A DNA stretch of 64,000 nt from Oscillospiraceae bacterium (GCA_017436785.1 JAFSCK010000023.1:53225-117224), one strand, 5' to 3'. Shown: positions 1 through 9,858, numbered from the stretch's first letter. The notes: a model not told the origin generated them from the letters alone. Made by a program: numbers and translations.

Positions 1-925
1 CGTCGCAGAGGGCGCAGGAGGGGTTATTGTGGACTTCGATCATGATGGCATCCGCACCGCAGGCTGCGGCTGCAGCGGCCATGGGTGCCACCAAACCGGC
101 TTTGCCGGTTGCATGGCTGGGATCGACTACAACAGGAAGATGGGTCATAGTATGCAAAATCGGAACTGCCGAGAGATCCAAAGTATTCCGGGTAGCGGTT
201 TCAAAAGTCCGGATTCCCCGTTCACAGAGAATAACCTGTTCATTACCTTCGCTCATGATATATTCTGCACTCATGAGAAGTTCCTGAAGGGTGTTTGCCA
301 ATCCGCGCTTTAAGAGAATAGGCTTGTTTGTCTTGCCGAGCTCCTTCAGTAGATCAAAGTTCTGCATATTTCTGGCACCGACCTGAATAATATCAACGTC
401 AGTAAACAGATCCAAGGTGGAAATGTTCATGATTTCTGTAACGATGGGAAGTCCGGTTGCTTCCTTGGCTTTTAAAAGAAGCTGGATTCCTTCTCCTTTC
501 ATGCCCTGAAATGCATAAGGAGAGGTCCGGGGCTTAAAAGCGCCGCCTCGAAGAATGTTGGCACCCGAGGCCTTGACGGCTTGTGCAACTTCAATGATCT
601 GTTCTTCTGATTCCACGGAGCAGGGGCCTGCGATCATGGCAAAATGACCGCCGCCAATTTTAACATCTCCGATTTCTACAATGGTATCCTTCGGATGGAA
701 TTTACGGTTTGCCTGCTTGTATGGCTCAGAGACTCTCTTAACAGTCTCTACCATTTCCAGACTTTTCAACAGATCCATATCAATGCGGCTGGTATCGCCC
801 ACAAGACCCAAAATTGTGACCTCTGCACCTTCGGAAATATGGACATCCAAATGCATTGCCTTCAACCAGTCCACCAGATGGTTCCTTTGGGCCAGTGTAG
901 TACCGGATTTCAGAACAGCAATCAT
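1..925 (-). CDS. aroF: 3-deoxy-7-phosphoheptulonate (DAHP) synthase, type I-beta, 3' end outside the window
   Basis: Manual translation from ATG 925 (RBS GGAG): MIAVLKSG...EPYKQANRKFHP...IAGPCSVESEEQ...RGGAFKPRTSPYAFQG; frame runs off the left edge; absent from the ORF track. Confidence 0.95.
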   Translation of the reverse strand, partial: MIAVLKSGTTLAQRNHLVDWLKAMHLDVHISEGAEVTILGLVGDTSRIDMDLLKSLEMVETVKRVSEPYKQANRKFHPKDTIVEIGDVKIGGGHFAMIAGPCSVESEEQIIEVAQAVKASGANILRGGAFKPRTSPYAFQGMKGEGIQLLLKAKEATGLPIVTEIMNISTLDLFTDVDIIQVGARNMQNFDLLKELGKTNKPILLKRGLANTLQELLMSAEYIMSEGNEQVILCERGIRTFETATRNTLDLSAVPILHTMTHLPVVVDPSHATGKAGLVAPMAAAAAACGADAIMIEVHNNPSCALCD

Positions 926-940
926 AAATAACATCTCCTA

Positions 941-975
941 ATAAAAATAACGCCGCACGGGCAATTCGTGCGGCG
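941..975 (-). terminator. Attenuator terminator in the aroF leader
   Basis: CGCCGCACG/CGTGCGGCG stem followed by TTATTTTTA on the minus strand, just before the aroF RBS. Confidence 0.85.
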
Positions 976-1026
976 CTTCAAATGATTTGGTAGGCTCCTG
1001 AAAAAACATTGCAGCACAAATCGCTA

Positions 1027-1095
1027 TTACTTTTTGTAGGCAAAAAAGTAATAGTAGCCAAAATAGAAGAAAGCTGCATGATGGCGATTTGTCAT
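1027..1095 (-). CDS. Phe/Tyr-rich leader peptide MTNRHHAAFFYFGYYYFFAYKK
   Basis: GGAGG RBS 8 nt before the ATG; 5 Phe and 5 Tyr within 12 codons; lies between a TTGCAT-17-TATAAT promoter and the terminator. Confidence 0.9.
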   Translation of the reverse strand: MTNRHHAAFFYFGYYYFFAYKK

Positions 1096-1280
1096 GGAAT
1101 GATCCTCCAAGTCCAGTAGCTGCGGACATTATACCACGAGGGGTGGAATTATGCAAGAGAAAATCAAAAAAATCAGAGAATTTTTGCGAATGGGGGAGTG
1201 CCTCTTATAGCTTTGTCTTACCCGGTTTATTGGACAGAAAATATGCTAGATTCTACATACAAATCCACGGGAGGGATAGG

Positions 1281-3419
1281 ATGGATTATTTAAAGCAATT
1301 GAATCCGGAGCAGCTGGAGGCAGCGACAACTACGGAGGGCTATGTGCGGGTGGTTGCGGGAGCAGGTTCCGGTAAAACAAAAACACTTTCGGCCCGTTAT
1401 TTGTATCTGGTGGAGCAATTGGGAATATCTACAGCCAATATTCTGTGTGTGACATTTACAAATAAAGCTGCGGCTGAGATGAAAAAACGGATACGAAGAC
1501 AGCTCCCGGATCAGGATCTGGGAAGAATCACTACCTTTCATGGCTTCTGTGTTGGCTTACTAAAGGAAGATTGTCATGTCATACAATATCCTACGACCTT
1601 TATTATTTTGGATGAGGAAGATAAGGAGGGGATATTACGGCAGGTATTTGAGGATCTGGGAATCACCAGCCGGGAGATGACGATTAAGGAAGCGATCGAT
1701 CATATCGGCTGGAGAAAAGGCGGCAGGGGATATGTAAAGACCTTGATCGGAGATACGGAAAAACTGCGAACACTGTCTGAGAAAGCCACTACTTTGAAAG
1801 ATAAGGTGCTGTACCGATATTTTTATGAGCAGCGGAAATGCTACGGATTGGACTTTGATGATCTTGTTTATTTTGCATTATATATTCTAGAGCAGGACCG
1901 CAATGTCCGCGAAAAATGGCAGTCTCGGCTGGAGTACATCATGATAGATGAATTTCAGGACATAGATAAGGACCAATATGCCCTAGCAGATATTCTATCC
2001 GGTTATCATAAAAATCTGTTTGTGGTGGGAGATCCTGATCAGACGATCTATACATGGAGGGGAGCAGATGTAAAATTCATATTGGAATTTGATAGCCGCC
2101 ATGAAAATGTGAAGACCATCTACTTGAACACAAATTACCGCTCTGTTCCCCAAATCTTATCAGCCTCCAATGCCTTGATTGAAAAAAACCGTGACAGATT
2201 AAAAAAACAACTGCATTCAGTAAGATCGGATAGCCGTAAGCCTCTTTATTTTCATGCGAAAACGAACCAGCTGGAAGCGGACTGGATCACAGCAAATATG
2301 CGGGCTCTACATGATGGTGGGATGACTTACTCGCAGATGGGGGTGTTATACCGTGCACACTATGTATCCCGTGCGATTGAAGAATCCTTGATCCGGAACA
2401 AAATACCCTATGTGCTGTACTCCGGCGTCGAGTTTTATAAACGTAAGGAAATTAAGGACGTTCTATGCTACCTTCGCATGATCTATAGCGGTGACGATAT
2501 CAGCTTTTTGAGAACGGTCAATGAACCCCGTAGGGGGATAGGGCGTACACGCTTACATTTTTTGAAAACATATTCTGAACTTAATAGATGCAGCCTATAT
2601 GAAGCACTCATGGCAAATCTGGAAGCAGACCTGTTTCGCAGAAGCAGAGCTAGGGAATATGTGAGAATGATCGAAAAATACAAAGCAATCTTTGGTGGTA
2701 TGGATCTTACTGACCTGTTAGCTGGTGTGTTGAGTGAAAGTGGATATGAGGATATGCTTCGCACTTCCGGAGAAGAGGAGCGCTTAGATAATCTGGCGGA
2801 ACTAAAGCAGGCGATTTATGATTTCCAGCGCAAAGCTGGTGAGGAGGTCACACTGGGAAATTATTTGGATCACGCGGCTCTATTTACGAATATGGACCAG
2901 ACGGAGAAAGCACAGGCGGTGAAGCTTATGACCATCCATGCAGCAAAAGGATTGGAATTTCCGGTCGTATTTTTGTGTGGACTGTCGGAAGGAATTTTTC
3001 CCGGGAAACGGGCCAATACCCGTGAAAAACTAGAAGAAGAGCGACGGCTGTGTTATGTGGCATTCACACGTGCAAAGGATCGACTGTTTCTTTCCGATGC
3101 GGCAGGTACCAATTACGACGGTTCCTTCCGTTATCCCAGCCGGTTCCTGTTTAATGCGGAAAAGGAGAATGTAGAATACGTAGTCCCTTTAGACCCAGAA
3201 CTGGAGGAACGGACCTTGGATCGGGTTAACCAAACGGAAAAATACGATACAAGGCTGGTAAATACCGATGAAAAAATTGGAAAGCATGTGGTACATCCTG
3301 TATTTGGAGAAGGTGTTATCATTGGTATCCCCAGAGGGCAGGAAGGCGTGATTGTTCAGTTTGATGCTATGGCGACACCCAGAACCTTCGGTCCCTCCGT
3401 CAAACTGGCAGAACTATAA
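1281..3419 (+). CDS. pcrA: UvrD/PcrA-family ATP-dependent DNA helicase
   Basis: AGAGSGKT, VTFTNKAA, DEFQD, VGDPDQTIY, MTIHAAKGLEF, EERRLCYVAFTRA; ATG 1281 follows GGAGG. Confidence 0.9.
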   Translation: MDYLKQLNPEQLEAATTTEGYVRVVAGAGSGKTKTLSARYLYLVEQLGISTANILCVTFTNKAAAEMKKRIRRQLPDQDLGRITTFHGFCVGLLKEDCHVIQYPTTFIILDEEDKEGILRQVFEDLGITSREMTIKEAIDHIGWRKGGRGYVKTLIGDTEKLRTLSEKATTLKDKVLYRYFYEQRKCYGLDFDDLVYFALYILEQDRNVREKWQSRLEYIMIDEFQDIDKDQYALADILSGYHKNLFVVGDPDQTIYTWRGADVKFILEFDSRHENVKTIYLNTNYRSVPQILSASNALIEKNRDRLKKQLHSVRSDSRKPLYFHAKTNQLEADWITANMRALHDGGMTYSQMGVLYRAHYVSRAIEESLIRNKIPYVLYSGVEFYKRKEIKDVLCYLRMIYSGDDISFLRTVNEPRRGIGRTRLHFLKTYSELNRCSLYEALMANLEADLFRRSRAREYVRMIEKYKAIFGGMDLTDLLAGVLSESGYEDMLRTSGEEERLDNLAELKQAIYDFQRKAGEEVTLGNYLDHAALFTNMDQTEKAQAVKLMTIHAAKGLEFPVVFLCGLSEGIFPGKRANTREKLEEERRLCYVAFTRAKDRLFLSDAAGTNYDGSFRYPSRFLFNAEKENVEYVVPLDPELEERTLDRVNQTEKYDTRLVNTDEKIGKHVVHPVFGEGVIIGIPRGQEGVIVQFDAMATPRTFGPSVKLAEL

Positions 3420-3423
3420 AAAA

Positions 3424-3450
3424 TGCGCCGCAGTTCAAACCTGCGGCGCA
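3424..3450. terminator. Hairpin between convergent genes
   Basis: TGCGCCGCAG/CTGCGGCGCA 10-bp stem. Confidence 0.65.
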
Positions 3451-3549
3451 AAATACATTGTCCATATACTACAGCTCTTGCCGTCTTTGGCGGCGTATAA
3501 TGCTAATCATACGATAAAAGGTTTTAGACCACTTTATCAAGAAATAGTA

Positions 3550-4101
3550 TTATAAAATTGGTTTCACAAAAAGAATTGCAAGCACGCAGCAGCAGGCAGA
3601 CAGAGCAAAATGGGAATCATTATGGATATTGGATTCAACCTGCTCGTAATCTCGATGATAGCTGCATATCGCCCCCATAATGGAACGGGCGATCATGGTG
3701 TCCACTTTGGGATCCTGCGCCATAAATTCCAGAAAATGCTCCTGTAAGGCATCTTCGTATTGCTTATGGTCACTCAGCGCGGTGGGGAACTCCATGTTGT
3801 GAGCATAAGTAAAAGCATCGGTGGTATAATGGATGAGTTTTCCCAACGTATAGTAATCATACAGATTCAGCTTGCTTTTATGCTCTAAGCGGAAAGAGAT
3901 TTTTCGCATGAAGCGGCGGGCGTTGCGGTAATTGTGCCCACGAAGCCATTGAAAGCGAAGGGAACCTTTGAGGTATGTGATGGGATTCCGATCGGGTTCA
4001 ATGCAACCCAGCTGAAATGCTTTTATATAAAGACTTGGAATATCCTGCATATAATGCTCTGCCAAATAAGACCCCAGACACTGATGGCTCTTTCCCCGCA
4101 T
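3550..4101 (-). CDS. Zinc-dependent phospholipase C-like protein
   Basis: SH, GCIEPD, LGKLIHYTTDAFTYAH and H..YE Zn-ligand pattern. Confidence 0.7.
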   Translation of the reverse strand: MRGKSHQCLGSYLAEHYMQDIPSLYIKAFQLGCIEPDRNPITYLKGSLRFQWLRGHNYRNARRFMRKISFRLEHKSKLNLYDYYTLGKLIHYTTDAFTYAHNMEFPTALSDHKQYEDALQEHFLEFMAQDPKVDTMIARSIMGAICSYHRDYEQVESNIHNDSHFALSACCCVLAILFVKPIL

Positions 4102-4232
4102 TTAATTGCCCCTTTCGTGATTTCTGGGAATATCATAACATATTCAGCGTGAAAATGTGTGAACATCTATAAAATTCAGGAAAAATCATAAATCTTATGA
4201 TTGAAGATATAGTTTTCGTTGGTAATAATAAC

Positions 4233-4259
4233 AAAGCAGCCCCATGTTGGGGCTGCTTT
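4233..4259 (-). terminator. Intrinsic terminator after the kinase-like gene
   Basis: AAAGCAGCCCCA/TGGGGCTGCTTT stem. Confidence 0.75.
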
Positions 4260-4263
4260 ATAC

Positions 4264-7200
4264 TTAGTTGGAAATGGTAAAGTCTGCCTGTCCTGCCAGC
4301 ATTCCATCAAAGTAAAGGCTAAGTGTATAACTTCCAGACGCAGTGGGTGCTTGCGGTAGGTTCAGCTCGCCCAGTTTTACATCGCCGCCGTTCCACAAAT
4401 TCTTCCAGTAGAAGGTTTCTTCGGCAACCAGATCAGAAAGAAGATTACCATAGGAATCATGGATGACATACAGGAGCTTAGTCTCAGAACCGGGAAGGTA
4501 AAAGGTTCCAGAGCTTTCCAATGCAATGGAGATTCTCTCACCGGAAGTGAAGCTGTTCTTGAATGCTTCGGGAGCGAGTTTTTCCACACGCCAATTCTGC
4601 TCAGCAGGAGTGCTCAGCAGCTTAACACTTAGCATATCCGCAGTAAGGCCGTTTTTATTGAAGCTTTCAGCGGCAGCAGCAGTATAGCTGTGTGCTGCAT
4701 TAAAAACAGTGGAGCCATCCGTGGATTGGATGAGAAGGTCATATTTTGCTCCGGGTACGCAGGGCGTAATCTCTCCGGTGGCCTTAGGGCATTTTACAAC
4801 ATGCTTTTCTCCGCCGGCCAGACTGTAGATCAAAAGCCAGCCATCCTTGGGGGCCTGACCGTTAAAGGTCCAATTAACGGTTAGTTTGTTGGCCTTGGTT
4901 TCCTCTACAGTCAAATCTGTAACTGTCAATGGATTTGCACTGATGCCGATGCGGGAAGCTTCCGTCATACCGGAGGCTGTGACCTCAATGGTATAGCTGG
5001 AAGCGGGATCAATGCCGAAGAACTGGACCTGTGTCTTTTCTACGGTTACTTCCTCGTCATAGCCCGCGTCATTATAGCAGCGTACATCCCAGCTGTCTAC
5101 CACAATGTCGCCGGGGACATCCCATGTAACGGTGATATCAGTTCCGGTAGTGGAGGAAACGGCTAAATCTTCGGCCAGAATCAATCGGGATGCCATGTAT
5201 TCCAAGGTGGTTTGGCCGCCAAGAGCAATGTTCTCGCCGGGATCCAAGCGGAAGGTATAGGTTTTGCCAATATCCAAATCGTTGATTGTAACGCTGTGCC
5301 CGGTGAAGGTTTGCCGTACTTCTTCTGTACCCTCAGCACTGTAGTATACAGTCCAATCCTTAGGTTCTTCTCCGTCCATGGTAAAGCTCAGCACTACGGA
5401 GCCGTCCTCTGCACCGGCTGCAGAGGTGAAGCTGAGGATCTTGGTGGTTGCATCCGTGGTGTATACATCAGAAGTTTTACCCACAAGCTTATGGAAGCCA
5501 TCAACCTCAAGCTGGATGGTGTACATGGTATTGGGAAGAAGATTGGTAAAGGTGACTTTACCGTTTGTTACGATCTTGGTGTCTGCCTTTCCGTACTGGT
5601 CAAGGCAGCGAACCAACAGCATGGATTCCTGCACGTTGGAATCCACCGTAACGGTGATTTGATCCTGCGTACCTTCGATGGAGATAGCATGAATGGTTTG
5701 CAGATAATAATTCTGATAATACCAGAATCCGCCAGCACCAATTGCTGCAAACAGCAGTAATGTGATAAAGAAGGAAGCAATGCGCTTTCTCCTTCGTTTA
5801 TACTTGGGATCTGCAAAAGATTTTTCAGCTTTTTTTCTTTTTTTCTTTGTTTCCGGTTCTGCCAGAGATGCTTCGTCATTGTAAACATCCGGCTCTTCTG
5901 GTACAAAGGAATCATCAATTATTTCTGCATCCTCTTCTACAAAAGAGAAAGGATCTTCCATAGTGACAGCTACAGGAGATGTAAGCTCTGCAGGCGGCTC
6001 ATAGGCGATCAAGTCATCGGCCTTGGCCAACATGCGGTTTAATTCTTCGGAGAATGCATCAACCTTTTCATGGCTGACCTCATCAATAAGAGCTTCCTCG
6101 GAAGAAAGGACAGGCGCAGGAATCACTTCTTCCATGGGTGCTTCTTCAATGGGAATTTCCTCAGAATCACCTTCACAGGGCGTATCATTGGAAACTTCGT
6201 GATCATCAATGATATCTACTTGAGAAACTCCGTTTTCCGTGGAGGTATCTTCCTCCGTAGCATCCTCAGATTGGTCTGCAAAAGCTTCCTCTATGGAAGG
6301 CGTGACCTCTGCCGGGGGCTCCAGCAGGGCAGCATTGTTTTCTGCAGGTTGTTCTGGAGAAACCCCTGCTTCTTCAGAATCTGGGATAAGTTCCGCTGCT
6401 TGAGTTAGTGCATCCGCGTCAGGTGCTTGCTTCACAGAAGGTATTGTTTCGGATTCTGCCTGTTCCTTGTCAAGGGAAGTGATATCTTCCGGCTTGATAT
6501 CCAGAGGCGTATGGGGCGTGATAGGAACATCATTTACTGCATTCTTCTGCATATATGCAGCCAGTGCTTTTCCCATAACCTTCGGATCATCCCAGCGCTG
6601 GGTATGGTCTGTATGGATGGCCTTCATGATGATTTCGGCAAGCTCATAATCAGCATTGACCGGTGTGGGAAGCTCAGCCTCGGGATCGCGCAGTCCCTTA
6701 AAGGGAAGCTGTCCGTCGTTATACAGCTGATATAAGATCATACCAACAGCATAGGTATCGATCGTCAGATTCATGGAAGCCATAGGATCGAATAATTCCG
6801 GAGGGGTATAGGCGCTGTGGTATTTTTCCGGCAGGACAGTGTAGCCAAGGGCGTTCAGGTCCACAAAACCAATATCACCGATCCGATACTCCTTCTTTTC
6901 GGAAACAAAAACATTGGAAGGCTTTAACGCAACATATAAGGCACCGGAGTCCCGGCAGACGGATAATGCAGCGCAGAGATCCATAGCCAGATCCATTGCC
7001 TCTTTATGGGTCATAGGGTGCTTCTTACAGAATTTGTCCAGTGAACGCTTGTAGCTGCCCAGTAGGTAAACCTCATAGCCCAGACGCCGGCGGGTGATGG
7101 GTTCCATCTGCCAGCCTTCGTAGGGAAGAAAACCGTCGAGCTTTGACAGCTTTTTCAGAAGACCAGCTTCGGCCATAATCTCTTCTCCGGTTTTCCGGAA

Positions 7201-7416
7201 ATAATCCATAGCAGCAGCTGGATCCTTATATGCACCGGTTAACAGCAGCGCATCCATCTGCGTCTGAGTTGCCGGAACAGAAATGATTTTCAATATGTAC
7301 TTTTTATCGGTGTTTTCCTTTATCGCAGGACAGCAGCGAACACCATGATGCTCGCTGATGGGATTTCCAACAGAGAAACCGTCCAGCAAAGGAGAGATTA
7401 GTTTTACCTCAGACAA
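4264..7416 (-). CDS. Membrane protein: Hanks-type Ser/Thr kinase-like domain (probable pseudokinase), acidic linker, TM helix, fibronectin-III-like repeats
   Basis: LKPSNVFV, IGDIG, YTPPE, DTYAVGMILYQL kinase motifs; KRRRKR then a TM segment; FN3-like LLPNTMYTI, IGKTYTF, DPASSYTIEV; TTG start with GGAGG. Confidence 0.85.
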   Translation of the reverse strand: MSEVKLISPLLDGFSVGNPISEHHGVRCCPAIKENTDKKYILKIISVPATQTQMDALLLTGAYKDPAAAMDYFRKTGEEIMAEAGLLKKLSKLDGFLPYEGWQMEPITRRRLGYEVYLLGSYKRSLDKFCKKHPMTHKEAMDLAMDLCAALSVCRDSGALYVALKPSNVFVSEKKEYRIGDIGFVDLNALGYTVLPEKYHSAYTPPELFDPMASMNLTIDTYAVGMILYQLYNDGQLPFKGLRDPEAELPTPVNADYELAEIIMKAIHTDHTQRWDDPKVMGKALAAYMQKNAVNDVPITPHTPLDIKPEDITSLDKEQAESETIPSVKQAPDADALTQAAELIPDSEEAGVSPEQPAENNAALLEPPAEVTPSIEEAFADQSEDATEEDTSTENGVSQVDIIDDHEVSNDTPCEGDSEEIPIEEAPMEEVIPAPVLSSEEALIDEVSHEKVDAFSEELNRMLAKADDLIAYEPPAELTSPVAVTMEDPFSFVEEDAEIIDDSFVPEEPDVYNDEASLAEPETKKKRKKAEKSFADPKYKRRRKRIASFFITLLLFAAIGAGGFWYYQNYYLQTIHAISIEGTQDQITVTVDSNVQESMLLVRCLDQYGKADTKIVTNGKVTFTNLLPNTMYTIQLEVDGFHKLVGKTSDVYTTDATTKILSFTSAAGAEDGSVVLSFTMDGEEPKDWTVYYSAEGTEEVRQTFTGHSVTINDLDIGKTYTFRLDPGENIALGGQTTLEYMASRLILAEDLAVSSTTGTDITVTWDVPGDIVVDSWDVRCYNDAGYDEEVTVEKTQVQFFGIDPASSYTIEVTASGMTEASRIGISANPLTVTDLTVEETKANKLTVNWTFNGQAPKDGWLLIYSLAGGEKHVVKCPKATGEITPCVPGAKYDLLIQSTDGSTVFNAAHSYTAAAAESFNKNGLTADMLSVKLLSTPAEQNWRVEKLAPEAFKNSFTSGERISIALESSGTFYLPGSETKLLYVIHDSYGNLLSDLVAEETFYWKNLWNGGDVKLGELNLPQAPTASGSYTLSLYFDGMLAGQADFTISN

Positions 7417-7560
7417 GCTGATCGCCTCCTTTTACAACCATATCATAAAATAAAAAAGTAAAAAAAGCAACACTTTTGTAGTTGTATTCTTTGGAAATAC
7501 GTGATATAATGTCGAAATGATAATGGTATAGTATATGTACTATGTACTGGAGGAATCATA

Positions 7561-8628
7561 ATGAGTAAAATCATTTGCGAGATTTGCGGAACAAGCTATC
7601 CTGAGACAGCAGAATGCTGCCCCATTTGCGGCTGTTCTCAGACCGATGCGGAAAAACTGACAGCTGAGGATGCTCTGCTGGAAGAAAATGCGGAGGAAAC
7701 GCTTGCTGTGACCGGTCGCCTTCCTAAGAAAAAGGAGATCTTTGACTTTGATGAGGTAAACACTGCCCGCAAGGATTTAGAAGATGATGACGAGGATGAA
7801 GACGACGAGGATGACGAAGACTACGATGAAGAAGAAGACGAGGATGAGCCCCGTCCCAACACCTTTGCTGTGATCCTTCTGACGATTCTCATCGCCTGCC
7901 TGCTGGCAGCAGCTGGCTTCATTTTTGTCCGGTATTTCTTGCCTAATATGGGTGCAGAGGAGACGATTCCCACCACAGAGGCAGTGGAAGTGGTTCAGAC
8001 AACAGAGGCAACCGAAGCAACGGTTCCCTGCGAGAACATCATCATGAGCAATCCCTCTACTGCCGAGCTGTCTGAATATGGTCAGCAGTTCCTTCTGAAT
8101 GTTCAGACGAAGCCTGACAACACCACGGATCAGGTGGTATTCAGTTCTGCGGATGAGAGCATTGCGGTCGTTACCGAGGACGGCAAGATCACCGCCATTT
8201 CTGAGGGTGAAACCTTTATCCACATCACCTGTGGTAAGCAGAAGATTGATCTGCCTGTAGTTGTTAAGTTTGTAGCAGAAACAGTGCCTGCGGCTGAGGC
8301 AACAGATTCGGCAGAAGAAAATCTGGAAGCAACCACTCCTGCTGAGGAAACTCCCGAGGAGACCAAGTCTGAAGTTGCACCTGCAGACCCCGATGTTGAG
8401 CTGAAGCTCAAGGTGTACGATTTTAAACTGGGTGTATATTATTATCACACGTTGCAGCTCGATTGTGAGCTGGATCCCTCTCAGGTGCAGTGGAGCTCTG
8501 AACATCCGCATATCGCAAAGGTCGATGAGAAGGGCGTTGTGACTGCTCTGAAGGAAGGCGTTACGGACATTATCGTCAAGTATGGCGATCAGGAAGTTCG
8601 CTGTAAGGTTCGCTGCGGTTGGTATTGA
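7561..8628 (+). CDS. Zinc-ribbon / acidic tract / TM / two Ig-like (Big_2) domain protein
   Basis: CEICG..CPICG; Asp/Glu run; TM helix; FSSADESIAVVTEDGKITA and WSSEHPHIAKVDEKGVVTA. Confidence 0.8.
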   Translation: MSKIICEICGTSYPETAECCPICGCSQTDAEKLTAEDALLEENAEETLAVTGRLPKKKEIFDFDEVNTARKDLEDDDEDEDDEDDEDYDEEEDEDEPRPNTFAVILLTILIACLLAAAGFIFVRYFLPNMGAEETIPTTEAVEVVQTTEATEATVPCENIIMSNPSTAELSEYGQQFLLNVQTKPDNTTDQVVFSSADESIAVVTEDGKITAISEGETFIHITCGKQKIDLPVVVKFVAETVPAAEATDSAEENLEATTPAEETPEETKSEVAPADPDVELKLKVYDFKLGVYYYHTLQLDCELDPSQVQWSSEHPHIAKVDEKGVVTALKEGVTDIIVKYGDQEVRCKVRCGWY

Positions 8629-8666
8629 GATAAAAGTTGGCAGCTCCATTATGGAGCTGCCTCTTT

Positions 8667-8870
8667 TCATTCTCCGTCGGTGACAGCATTTCGCCGAAAC
8701 AGGAAGGAAACGCACCAGAGTCCTGATAATGCTACGACGGTATAGACCAGACGGCTGAACAGGGAGCCTGAGCCACCAAATAGCCACGCGACCAGATCAA
8801 AACCGAAGATACCCACAAGGCCCCAGTTCAGACAGCCGACGATGGACAGGAGCAGTGCAATACGATCCAT
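8667..8870 (-). CDS. DUF378 family small membrane protein
   Basis: IVGCLNWGLVGIFGFDLVAWLFG signature; sigG-like CATCCTA upstream. Confidence 0.9.
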   Translation of the reverse strand: MDRIALLLSIVGCLNWGLVGIFGFDLVAWLFGGSGSLFSRLVYTVVALSGLWCVSFLFRRNAVTDGE

Positions 8871-9000
8871 AATTTAACCTCCATTTCCTATACGGATAGA
8901 GATAGGATGTGCATCTTTTGTAATTTTATCAGGATAGAGATTGCAAAATCTTTTTTGATTCGCTATAATATCGATATTGCTGAAAAGGAAGGTATCGTGT

Positions 9001-9858
9001 ATGACAACACTGTATGAAGGTGCGTTTGCAAAAATAAATCTAACCTTAGACGTTTTAGGAAAGCGTGACGATGGATATCACGATCTGCAGAGTGTGATGC
9101 AGACCATTTCTATTCGGGATGATGTGGAAATTGACATCGGCACCGGAAAGCCTTGGAAACTGCTGTGTTCCGTGGAGGGGATTCCTACAGATGAGCGGAA
9201 TCTGGCATGGAAGGCTGCAAAGGTATATTGTGAGGCCATGGGAAAAGACCCCAACGGTATTGAGATCCGGATCACGAAGCGGATTCCCTCTGAAGCAGGC
9301 ATGGGCGGCGGGAGTGCAGATGCGGCAGCAGTGCTTCGTGCTTTGAACCGCTATTATGGCGATCCGCTTTCTATTTTTGCCTTGGCAGAGTTAGGTGCAC
9401 AGGTAGGCAGTGACGTGCCCTTCTGTACGTTGTGCGGAACGGCTATGGTTGAAGGACGCGGAGAACGGTTGAGAAAGCTGCCGGATATGCCTGACTGCGT
9501 CTTTGTGGTCTGCAAGCCGGAGTTCTCTGTTTCCACACCGGAGCTGTATCGGAAACTGGATACGGTTTCCATTGCCAAACATCCGGACAACCGTGCAATG
9601 GAGAGCGCACTGCTGGCGGGAGATTTGGGAAAAGTTGCAGAGAATATTTGGAATGTATTTGATCCTGTGGTGACGGCTGAGCATTTGGAAATGAATTACA
9701 TCAAATCCATTTTTAACAGTTACGGCGCAGTTGCATTCCAGATGACAGGCTCCGGCTCGGCCGTGTATGCCATTATGCCAAGCTTTGAGTATGCAGCTGT
9801 AGTTTGCAATATGCTGAAAGAGAATTATCCGCAGGTTTATATTGCAAAACCTGTATAA
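9001..9858 (+). CDS. ispE: 4-diphosphocytidyl-2-C-methyl-D-erythritol kinase
   Basis: AKINLTLDV, KRIPSEAGMGGGSADAA, GSDVPF, MTGSGS. Confidence 0.95.
   Translation: MTTLYEGAFAKINLTLDVLGKRDDGYHDLQSVMQTISIRDDVEIDIGTGKPWKLLCSVEGIPTDERNLAWKAAKVYCEAMGKDPNGIEIRITKRIPSEAGMGGGSADAAAVLRALNRYYGDPLSIFALAELGAQVGSDVPFCTLCGTAMVEGRGERLRKLPDMPDCVFVVCKPEFSVSTPELYRKLDTVSIAKHPDNRAMESALLAGDLGKVAENIWNVFDPVVTAEHLEMNYIKSIFNSYGAVAFQMTGSGSAVYAIMPSFEYAAVVCNMLKENYPQVYIAKPV

Noticed and set aside
7777-8787. 336-aa antisense ORF
   Set aside because: Shadow of the Zn-ribbon/Ig gene; its hydrophobic tail is the reverse of Asp/Glu codons
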